NCBI GenBank assembly: GCA_030704615.1
Contig: CM060731.1
Coordinates: forward strand, 77,686,001 to 77,750,000
Direction of reading: 5' to 3'
DNA from: Takakia lepidozioides
Lineage: Eukaryota > Plantae > Bryophyta
DNA length: 64,000 bases
The stretch's first letter is position 1. Every line of letters starts with the position of its first letter. The translations under genes and the position numbers were made by a program. Under the pieces are notes generated by a model. The model saw nothing but the letters and a program-made list of their open reading frames with translations, did not search any database and was not told the DNA's origin. This document shows positions 47,865 to 64,000 of this stretch, one piece after another.

Positions 47865-50432
47865 TGCCTCTTCTTAGTAGCGAAAGAATGTTAGTTTAAT
47901 TGTACAGGATAGAACCTTCAAAGGCATGTCTGGTGGATACATCTTTAGTTCTGTCCCTCAAAACTACCCCAGTCACCCAACTTATCTGATGTAACTAGTC
48001 AGCACTTCAGTTTTGGGATAGACAGGAAGTGCAAAATAGTTCAATATGCCATAGTGAGCAAGATTCTGATATGGCTTTAGTGACAGAATTGCTTATGCAG
48101 GCCAGAGTGAAAAAGGGTTCTTAAGCATAGTGAAGAGAGGTTCTAAGGGTTTGTAAGATACTTGTATCATGTTCCTTGGGTCCACTTATTGTATATAAGA
48201 GACCTCATTTTTCATTACAAATTAAATGATTTTGCAAGCTGCCAGATTTGGTGCTGCATGCTTTGATGACAGCAAGTTGTGAAGCAAAGATGTTTTAGGA
48301 CAGGCTCATCTTTCCATCTTTTCTTCAGCCTTTGAGCTCAGTGGAGCAGTGTGGAGTGAGTAACTTGGCGAGCTAATAATTTGTCTCTGAATATGTAACA
48401 TTTTATCTCATGTCTCCCCATGGTTGTCAATTGTTGATTGTAACGAGATTGATTGAATTGCCTCTTGTGTGGGAAGTGTATGTCAATTAAGTAATCCTTG
48501 GTTACCCAAGTTGACTTGGCTGGGTGCCAGGGCATGGAATGCCTTAATTTGTCCGATTCTTTTGCAGACCAGGGTTGCATGCAAGGCAGTGGCACGTCTT
48601 GAGTTCGTACAGAAATAATTGCGGCATGTCTTTGGGATTGTAACCTGAAACCAAAAAAAAAACTAGTCTGTTGCTTCAGCTCATCACTTCACTGGTTAGC
48701 TTCCATGTCTGTTGACATCCATGCTGGTGATGGCTGGCCAGTTCTGTCAGGGACAGTAATAACTTCAAACTTGTTAGCGGATCATAGCAAGTCTAATGAT
48801 AGTGTCCCACTGTTGCTTTCTCAGCAGGTGTAGGTATACCCGACTGTGGCCCGGAAACCCAGTTGACACCGCTAGACGGTTCTGGCTTCAAGACTAGAGT
48901 GAAGCATGCCGCAAGAGACAGAAACAGGTCCGAGCCTGTGGACACTTTATCTGTGGATTGAGCAGAGCACAGCCGTTTGCACCCCAGGCCAATGCTTTTT
49001 AAAGAGCTCTGGGGGCCAAAAACCATTTGCCAGATCAGGTTCTGGCCCATGCTAGCTATTCTTCCAGTTAGATGTAAATGCAAAGACCTGTGGAGGATGT
49101 TAGATGTCAATGCAAGACATCTGACTGCATGTCGAGATTAAAGATTCTCTGCCGAGCGCCTGGACAAAGGCATGTGTACGCTATGGAGTGGTGGAATGAG
49201 CTGCAAACGAAGTCTCACAGGGTTGTAGTCAGCTCCCTACACCTGAGGATCATGGCTGTGCATGGTGTATCATGATCAAGTCTGCTTGTGCTCACTGCGA
49301 ACCAGAAAGTTGGCTGCTGCCATCCCTAGAAGATCAGTCTACGCCATTTCGGTTAGCATATTACCATCCTCATACAGGGCCTTAATCTGTTATCTGTAGG
49401 AGTTTTACAGAGGAAATAGAAAGCCTCCCTTCCCTTCCTATGTAGGATGGCAAATGGTGAGATGATGCCAAGTTGCTTCTGAACGGAACTATCCTGTCAT
49501 GGTTACAAGGCAAGAGTGGAACAGGCATGGCGTCTTCCCTCTGTAGACCCTCCAATTTTGTCAGCCCACGGCTGGAATGACCAGCGGCAGAAAGGGTTCA
49601 GTGTGACCCATTGAAGATTATTACAGATTACTCTTACTGTCTAAAGATTGTTAGTGCTAACCCAGACATGCCTCTGATGTCAACAGTGCAAAAGAGGACA
49701 CTGGAAAACGACTGATTCTAATTCAATTTACAATGCAGAACAATTTCCTTATCCCATGGGGTTTGTATCATGCTGCTTCAGTCAGAGGCCTACTTGTGGA
49801 GGGATTAAGTGCAGTGATCACTTACATTAAAGACTGCACAGTAGCATCATCTGTGTTCTTGCTTGCCTGCAAATGTGGGTGAGCTCCCCATTGACATCTC
49901 CAATACCACAGCAAAGTAAGTTGCTTGCAAAAACTTCCAGAATCCTCTCTACGACCAGTGTCATGTTGCAGGTCTGGGTGTAGATGAACAACCCAGAAGG
50001 TTGCATCCATCCATCAAAGGATGAAAAGCTCAGCAGGGGCTCAGGAGATCCACATGCAGGTAATCCTTGCTGAAGAGGATGCTTGTGACCTGGAGTCAGC
50101 TGGGGGTGCATGTTGCTGTGGAGCAGAAAAAATCTGTGGTGAATTGGGTGGCTGTACTTGTGGATACCACAGAAGTTGCCACATAGCCATGGCTCTTCCT
50201 CAAGCAACCAATTTTCTCTTGCATAGCCCAGATCATGTCATCTTTGAGAAGGAGAGGGAGTCTGCAGACTGGATCCATGCACTGGAAAGTAAGCATGTGG
50301 GAGAGACATGGACATTGTGGGACCCCGAGTAGTGTAGACCTTCATGCACCGGTGCTTCAAATCACATCTCAAATCTGGAAAATGGAAGTGTTAACCTTGT
50401 CATTAGCCTGAGTCCCACACACTGCACACAGG

Positions 50433-56326
<5,894 letters not shown>

Positions 56327-56892
56327 GTGCTTCGGCTCTCCCTCTCCAGTGGAAAGCTCAATCTTATTGTAGACATCAGTCACCTAAGCATCTTTTGTGT
56401 AACATGCTGTATTTAGTGTAAATTCACCAAAACCACAATGATGCTTGTGTTGTATGCTAGCTTTCAGAGTCCAGCCTCAAATGCCTACTCTCTGATTGTA
56501 TGTGAGCATGAAGGCCTGACTCATGGAAGACACTTTCACAGCAGCTGAGAGAGACACACCACATAAATCAAGAGGGATGAAGGAAAAAAAGTTGCAACAG
56601 AAGTCCATATCTTCACTCCTTGGGTGGACTTGCATTCAGGTCTTCTTAATGTGGCATTGCCCAAGCTGTGCACAAGATTCAGAGGTGGCTTGGAATGTCA
56701 AAATAAGTGATACCTTCCCTCACCACCATCTCCTTCAGTACTAGGTCCTGTACTAAGCTCTCAGACATCAGAGGATCTCTTCTTGACATCAAACTCTTGT
56801 CAGTTGAGATTTTCTGAACATTTGCGAAATGCACCTTCAAATGAAACAATGGTGGCACCAAGACCTACTTATCGAATTGGAGTTGGTCGATC

Positions 56893-57069
56893 CTACCCAT
56901 CAAATGGGTGATCTCCCAAGAAAACTGTACCATAACCTGGAATGTTGCAAATACAATTGCCAGCAGCATCACAGATTGCCTTGCATTTTGGATCACATTC
57001 AGAAGAGTTCCCATATGCCACCAATGCCAGGGCCATAACCAAAAGAATACTCCAAGTGCTGCACCTCAT
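56893..57069 (-). CDS. Putative small secreted cysteine-rich peptide (58 aa)
   Basis: MRCSTWSILLVMALALVAYG-NSSECDPKCKAICDAAGNCICNIPGYGTVFLGDHPFDG*: signal-peptide-like N-terminus plus C-x3-C-x3-C-x5-C-x-C. Below the ORF-track cutoff. Confidence 0.4.
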   Translation of the reverse strand: MRCSTWSILLVMALALVAYGNSSECDPKCKAICDAAGNCICNIPGYGTVFLGDHPFDG

Positions 57070-59554
57070 TTTCCTGAAGATACACTAGCCCAAATTACCC
57101 CAGATCACAACAGAGGGAACCTCAATAATCTTTTCCAGCAGCTGAAGAATGGTCAAATGCACATTCTGCCAGTTTCAAGGAGCACTAATGCAGTGACTTA
57201 TCCTCTTGGAGGGGGAATGGAGCAACAGACTGACAAATTGTTGGTTACAAGTCAAGGCCCATGTATCTCAGGAACCAAGTGACTCAGATCTTCTGCATAT
57301 ACTCTGGGAGATTTTTAATGTAAATGTGCTGGTGTCAGCAGTAAACCAGTCTCGCTTGGGTCCAATGGAAGATTAAGCTTGGAAGGCAAATGATTCAGGC
57401 AATTATGCAAATGTCCTATAACCTTGCCTTCAAATTTCCTTCAGCGAAACTAGTTCACCCCTGCTTGCGCACTTCCAGGTGATTCATTCGGAGTGCACTT
57501 CAGAGATTTGTACACTTCAATCTCAACCATTGGCTTATTCTCAAGCAATCTTCTTATCTGCAAACTGCAGACAGCTATTACCCTCCGCAAGTAGCAATCT
57601 TCTATTCTTTTCTGAGAATATAGACCTTCGTATATCATTGAGATCTGCTTCAATAACACAGATACATATATTCTGCTTGCACTTTGGATTCATGGCACCT
57701 GCCCTCCCCTCTGATGGATAAAACTGAAGTAAAAATCGTGTATCTGTGATTATCCTCTTCCTCTATGCATGCCTGTACTCTCTCCTGCCCTCTTTCGGCA
57801 TTTCATCCACGGACGCCCTTGCAGAAGCATGGCATTGCTCTGTAGCAGCAAATGAATCCAAACTTAAAGAGTCGACTTGAGAAACCATAATAAATTTGCT
57901 TTTCAAGGCACAAAGAGACACATCCAATCATACTTTAGACCAAGGATTATACACATACACAAAGTTTCCAAATTTTGACATCCCTGTTTGAAGTATTACA
58001 AGGAACCCACGCAAAGGCCATGAAATTCATAACTAAGCAGGATATGAATAACACCTTTATCAGCAGGCAGGCTGTATTCTGAGAGGTAATATCTGACCTG
58101 GAACCCTTGAGTTTGAGGCAGTTGATCACGCAATCTGGGTCTATTTCAGGAGTGATCGATGTGTTCCACTGGTGTCGGCTGTATGTGGGACTGGACGACA
58201 TTTACATTCCACCCCTTTCGAACCTTGCGCGCACGCACATATCCCACACACTCTCCTCCTCCCAATGAGAAAGCGTAGACCACCTTGGTCACTTTCGGAT
58301 CGAAGAGTAGTTCTACCAAATGATAATGAAACTATATTCAAGTGATTGATGGAGGATCCTTTCCACAAATTCGAAGCATTGGATATGGACGGATGGCATG
58401 CTAGATGACGTTAGAGGAAGCAAACAGTAGGTTCATGAACAGCTGGAGAGGTGGAATGGCAGGAGGCCTCGCACCAAACCGTATTCGATGCAGACACATT
58501 ATAGCAAAAGAACAGACAGAGTATATCAAGAACAGCTCGGAGGGATGGGGAAGGAGTGCACAGCAAAAGCCTCAGTCCATACATAAAACTTTTACGAGAA
58601 CAGAGATGGAAAATCTAAAAAAGGGGAAGAAAGAGAGGATCGCCCACAAGAAGCCCATTCGTTAGAGAGTGCCGATCAGAGATCCGGCTATCGTGAGCAC
58701 GTAGCAGAACCTGACCTGGCCTTCTCGACATCGGCTACGCGTAGGAGCTAGGGAAAAGACAAGCATAGATCCTCCAATGCTGGCTGGACTCCCCAGGGAT
58801 GAACAATATGAATCACCTCTTCTTCTTCCGGGACTTGCAAAAGCTCTTGTAAACACTGTTGTGTTCCGTTTGATGTTGAAAGTCCCTTGGGAAGGCTGAA
58901 GTGCTTCTGCAACCGACACAGGACTCAGAAGGTTTAGATGTATGAATGCTCTAACACCTAATTGAAGTTGTAATACAAATCCTGTAGTGAGAAGGCACTT
59001 TTATAGATGATATTCATCTGTCTATCCATGAGCAGGTGGGTAGGTATATCGACCCACCCTGTCGATAGAGGAGCCCGATGGGAAGGCAGGCCGTCCTCGT
59101 GTCGGCGAGGCATGCAAAGACGGCTACTTAGGTTTTTTCAGAAAGCCTGGTGTGGGCTTTAGAACTCTGTCGAGACCGGTAGTTGGTGGCATGCCGTCCT
59201 CCCTCTTGTGTCTGGGACTGCTGCTGGTATGCTCTTCTTGGTAGCATAGGCGAATCAATCTCCTCTTCCCATTTCGGAGTGTGTGGAAAAATACTCATAG
59301 GATGTGCAGCCTTTGATCACGTACAGCCACACTCTTCAGACACATTTCCGCTGAAATGGGATCTATCAAAAAATTCATGCGGATGTGCAGCCGATGGTGA
59401 ACTATGCGAAGATGCGTGGCGAAGGAGAGAATGCTGGTGTCTGTGACTACATTGTGATTACATTGCAGTGTAAGTCCCTTTCCCTTGATTCCTTTGGTTA
59501 GTCAGCCCAGAGTAGTTAAAGGGGCCAATCGCAAACCAGCCTTTTGCATCCAAT

Positions 59555-59557
<3 letters not shown>

Positions 59558-59597
<40 letters not shown>
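59558..59597. repeat. (GA)n microsatellite
   Basis: About 20 GA units. Shorter (GA)/(CT) tracts occur at ~26705-26730 and ~37860-37886. Confidence 0.95.
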
Positions 59598-59599
<2 letters not shown>

Positions 59600-60020
59600 G
59601 CCAATGCAGTGGATCCGTCCAGTTTTGACCGCATTGATGACCTAGGGGATGACACTCAGGAAGGCATACGCCAAGTTGCAATACTTGGTACATAATGCCT
59701 TTATTATGACTCGCTCTTCACCTCATACACAGGACATCGTATGATGAGATATTGACGTTGTCTCCATTACTAGGTGGCTCTTTTGAGTTTGTAAATTTTT
59801 CTGGCAATTTTCGCATTATTACAAGTTCTTGGGTTAGAGCTCAACGCCTTGCAGGTACATAGAGGTGGCTGATTTGTCCTTCACGTGTCATTTCCAAGAT
59901 CAGGAACCATACTGTCTATGTCGGACCTGTCTGTGGTTCCACCTGCCAACGCAGTGGATCCGTTGAGTTTGGACCGCGGTGATGATCTAGGGGATGGCAG
60001 GTTAATTATTTCCCGTGTTG

Positions 60021-60227
60021 AACTAACAGTCGTTGTGAGTGGATCATTGTTTGTGAAGTTCTTGAAGATTGAGATGGCAAGGAGAAAAAACATGGAGGAG
60101 ATCACACTCAAATTCCAGGATAGACAATCCTTGGAATTGAGTTGTGATCTCCTCCATGCCTTTCTCCCTTGTCATCTCAATCTTCAAGAACTTCACAAAC
60201 AATGATCCACTCACGCGACTGTGAGTT
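60021..60227. repeat. Long near-perfect inverted repeat (~100-bp arms, ~5-nt loop); candidate hairpin/miRNA precursor
   Basis: GTGAGTGGATCATTGTTTGTGAAGTTCTTGAAGATTGAGATG... is reverse-complemented by ...CATCTCAATCTTCAAGAACTTCACAAACAATGATCCACTCAC. Loop near 60122-60126. Confidence 0.9.
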
Positions 60228-60405
60228 AATTCCAGGATGGACAATCCTTGGAATTGAGTTGTGATCTCTTGTTTACTTGCTTGATTGGGCGCAAGAACTG
60301 TAAGATCTTCTAACTCTCCATTCTTTTGAGAAGTTTAAAGTTTAGTGATCACTTAATGTATTTGGTCAATGTTATTAGTTATTTAGATCTAATGTTTTGT
60401 GCAGA

Positions 60406-61190
60406 TGAAATGGAGCTTCTGGATCTGATTCCGACAATACACAGCATGAAGCTCAGTTACGAGCATCGACTGGCCGCGTTCGGCCAGTCGCTCATCAGCT
60501 GTGTTAAAAAATTTATCCACGACCTGATGTATATGGGGAGGGTCAAACTTGCAGAGGCACGGCTGGAGGAGGGTGTTGATTCATGTCAAAAGTCTACTTC
60601 ATATCAGACGAAGCTGAGGCTGTCCTCGCGTTTCAGGGTTGGTCTCACCTTGAGGGAGGTGTTGGAAGCAGTCTTTGACATGAAATCTGAACTGTGTACG
60701 GGCCATACGTTGGCACCGATATTCCACCGACACTTCAAGATTCCAAAAGGATTTCAACACCAAAGGGAGCACAAAAGTGCCTATGTGAAATTCTGCAAGT
60801 GCTGGAAGAAGAGGAAGAAGAGGTAATCCATTTTGAGGTTATTAAGTGTCATTTCATTTCAGTTCCCTCTCCCTTATGGACGCCAGAAGGTTGCAACTCA
60901 TGTTCCCGGTCACACTGACATACAGTGCCAAGAACGGTGAGCTATTCAGGTTTCCACAGTACCATGTGCTTCTTTGTACATAGCTTGTATTTTAGTATAT
61001 ATGGAATACAAGTTAGACTTTTTGGGTTGACAGGTGGTGCAATGTGCTTGATCCCTCCATCAAAGTTGACAATTGGACACCCCAAAATATGCGCAGCTTG
61101 CAGAACTGGTCACCAAGTATGGAGCCCACCACTGGGCAGCTGTTACTAGTGAGATGGGCCATTGTACTGATAATCAATGCTTCGGGTCTC
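60406..61190 (+). pseudogene. Degenerate Myb/SANT-repeat gene fragment
   Basis: WTP followed by a frameshift into YAQLAELVTKYGAHHWAAVTSEMGHCTDNQC, which resembles a Myb repeat. Upstream exon-like segment after an AG at ~60405. The frames do not join cleanly. Confidence 0.45.
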
Positions 61191-62230
61191 ATATCTTTCC
61201 CTGTAAACCAGTTCTTGGTCTCCTGTTAGGTCGGCCTTGCAGCCTCACTGGATACTGTGGAGTATTTACAGCAGAAAATATTAGTTGAATAACTCTAGAC
61301 CACAGCATGCTATTTGGCAAATGTTGGATTAAAGGTAGGTCTCAGTGTGACTGTTTGGTGTGGCCATTTGTGGGTAGTGCAGGAGGGGTTCCACCATTGT
61401 TACTGTGTATAATCAGGTCTTGGTTCTTGCAGACCCTCGAAACCATTACACCCAAAGCAATATTCTCAGGAAATGGTGGATGAACTGAGTAGGTACACAG
61501 ATTCGAAGAATGAAGCAAGGCATCCGCACCATACAGTGGGTTTCGAAAAGGAAATCAAGATTCGGCGGGCTGTCTTTGCATCAAGCTTTGTGGGTCGTCT
61601 TCCACAGGGGCTGTCAATGAAACATCTGAAGAAGGGCCCTGCACATCAGTCTGCAGTCCAAGATTCTCAAAGAGGGGTAAGTGCATCTAAGAGAGCTCTT
61701 TTGGAACTTTGAAGCTTTGCATATTTATCTGTGTGGAACATGTTCCCTCAGCCCTTATTCAAGGATTTGTTAACCCCCTGCTAGAGAAGCAGTCTGAAAT
61801 CAATCTCAACCCCCTCTCTCTCTCCAATGTTAATGTAAAATCACAATTGGCACCTCTAATGTGAACATCAGCCCCAAAATTAACAAATCTTTCCTTGCAA
61901 CTGACAGTTGTGCCTTAGTGCTGGTGCACTTTCAGCTGAGATTTCACAGCCTGGTGGGTAGAAACAACCACCTTCGGTAGGGGGGTGATATCCTGTGGAA
62001 AACCACAGGATATCAAAGGAGTACACCTCTCAAAATTATGGGAGAAAGTAAGTGCCTTGCCTATCATACACAAATGCTGCCACACCACATGAAGCCAAAG
62101 CATCTTTCTTCTCCAAAAGGTTCAACACTGATATATAATAATAGGGTGGCCAAAAATTCAGAAAATAAAACTAATACCCCCATAGAAAATGCCTGTTTGC
62201 CTCACGTGCCTGAGAAACTAGATAGGGAGT

Positions 62231-64000
62231 GACCTCCCCGAGACCAAAATCCACATTAAAAAATGGGCCTATGCGGACGACTTAGCCATCCTTGCTCACA
62301 AACCCTAGCACCTTAACCGCCTAGCTGACAAATTATCCCGCTTCAACCAATGGTCCGACATGGAACTCAGTCTCCGCAAATGCGCCGTCACAGCAGCCAC
62401 CCACCACAGCAAGTTTACCCGAGCTATGATTGACTACCACTGCAAATTACACATCCAATACCAAAACAACCTTTTTCTTTTCTTAGGTCCTGACGAACCT
62501 TATACACTCCAGCTTGTTCCCTCACTCAAATGGCACGTCCAAAAGGCCACTACACTTACCAAACTAACTAACAAAAGCCTAACACTCCTTCAATCCCATG
62601 TCCCCATTAGACCAAAATTAGTGATTATTCAGTCGGTGCTCAAACCACAAGTCCAATACGCTTTCCACGCTGCTCTATTCTCCCTCCCTGACATATGCAT
62701 GCTTGACAAACATGTTATCCAACTTACCAAGCGAATTTGTGGACTCCCTACTAGTACCCCGAATGCCCTTACCCACCTAACCCACAGATAGTTATGGTAT
62801 CGGTTGTAGCCCGCTCATCACCTCTTACGCCCGCACCCTTGGTACTCAATTATTAGACCCTAGACGCCTAGGGCTCATCTACCGGGGTATCGTCAGACAC
62901 CTCGCCTCAAAATTCAATGGTCTCCACTCCCTTCCAATCCTTCACCCACAATCATGCCGTCACTCCCCAACCGCACGTTCTTTGCTCATCCTGCGACAAA
63001 TGTGCATTAGCCTGCAAACGGACCTTCCAGGTTATTCCTAACACGGTGTCTCCATTAGAAACCGCCTAGATCTCAAGCCCTTTCTTCCTCAATTTGAAGC
63101 ATCACACCCCTGCCAGAAAACAACCATCCTCAACTACTTTAAGGAATGCCATATCACTAACCTCACCCAACTCACCACTGCCACCGGTACCAAGCTAATA
63201 ACCCCCCGTGAATACACTTTGAAATACTCTAGAGCCACTACTAAGACCTACCGGTTCCTCCTATACCTCCGTACCTTATTTTGTTACCCCTCTACCTCAT
63301 GCACCCTAGATTGCGATCTCCCATGTCGGCTTTTCCCACACAGTCCACAAGACTTACTCCCTAAGTTCAGGTCAGCCCCGGCCCCCTCTATCCTCAATAA
63401 GCTCAGGACCTCTCGTACCACAACCCACCAAGAACCCACTACCCTAGAGTCTCCCTCTCAGTCTTCCCATGATACCATTGTCCTGTCACAATCCAATGAT
63501 CAACAACAATCGCCCTCCTCCCCCACCTGGTCTCCCCCATAGACATACACCCAACCCCCATCTACCCCCACTACACCACAATCTCACAACTCCACCCCCA
63601 CCAACCCCAACAACTCCAACGCCTTTGTCATTGAAGCTATACTGGGGATTAAAACCCAAACTTCCGCAGACTCTTTGGGTGCGACTTGTCTAGACTCATA
63701 CAATCTTTGCAAATGGGCGGGCTTTCCAGATAAAGACAATACCTGACAAATTGAGGACGACCTCTTTGGCTCGCATGATGACTGCGACCCTGACCACAAC
63801 ATAGCCCTCCTTATTGCCTTCCATAAACGTACTAATACCAACTACCTCACACACTCATATGTACAACTTATATCCCAAACCCAAACCCAAGACAACCGTC
63901 ATGTCTCTCGCCCGCTGCCTGCCGACAATATCCTAATTGACATCACTGAATGCAACCCTGACAAAGACATGCTCCATGTCTTTCCCACAATATGCGCCGG
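62231..64000 (+). mobile_element. 5'-truncated, decayed non-LTR (LINE-like) retrotransposon with a chromodomain downstream of RT
   Basis: WAYADDLAIL at 62264-62293, then KLSRFNQWSDMELSLRKC (RT domains 5-7). In-frame stops and strong A/C-rich sense-strand skew. Chromodomain-like FVIEAILG...LCKWAGFPDKDNT* at ~63624-63746. Continues past the window end. Confidence 0.8.

Noticed and set aside
48338-50432. A BZR1/BES1 DNA-binding exon upstream of the beta-amylase (BAM7/8 architecture), or another gene here
   Set aside because: I found no ERRRR-type bHLH-like motif and no coherent ORF. The ATG at 50433 gives a transit-peptide-like leader instead.
57420-58201. Exon-like minus-strand segments upstream of the Cys-rich peptide ORF
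   Set aside because: I could not splice them into a stop-free frame or recognise a domain. They may be UTR exons or a pseudogene.
61986-62015. Perfect 13-bp-stem hairpin TGATATCCTGTGG-AAAA-CCACAGGATATCA as a Helitron 3' end or terminator
   Set aside because: No CTRR at the expected distance on either strand and no other Helitron evidence. An isolated short palindrome is insufficient.

Overview
Eukaryotic, intron-containing land-plant nuclear DNA. A non-seed plant such as a bryophyte is plausible, but this is inference only. The first ~12 kb is a nest of transposons. An RT fragment of one Ty3/Gypsy element is interrupted by a chromovirus-type Gypsy element, whose 3' portion is internally inverted. 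That element is in turn cut by an unusual MULE-like DNA transposon (GCM-like N-terminus, DDE core, SWIM finger). The transposon is present as two divergent, oppositely oriented copies on either side of a 500-N gap. About 15.6-57 kb is gene-dense: GONST3/GGLT1, an HSP70T-2-like gene, an ERI2-like exonuclease, a RING/IBR-like orphan gene, MenB/DHNS, TXNDC9, an aminoacylase-1 and a BAM2-clade beta-amylase. The end of the window has a possible small secreted Cys-rich peptide, a ~200-nt hairpin in a degenerate Myb-like locus, and a decayed chromodomain-bearing non-LTR retrotransposon. The most striking candidate is an in-phase BED zinc-finger exon upstream of the aminoacylase, whose conserved metal-ligand Glu (LDEG) reads Lys (LDKG). 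It could encode a DNA-binding, metabolite-sensing enzyme fusion. All gene models were assembled by eye from splice signals and recalled family motifs; no searches were run.
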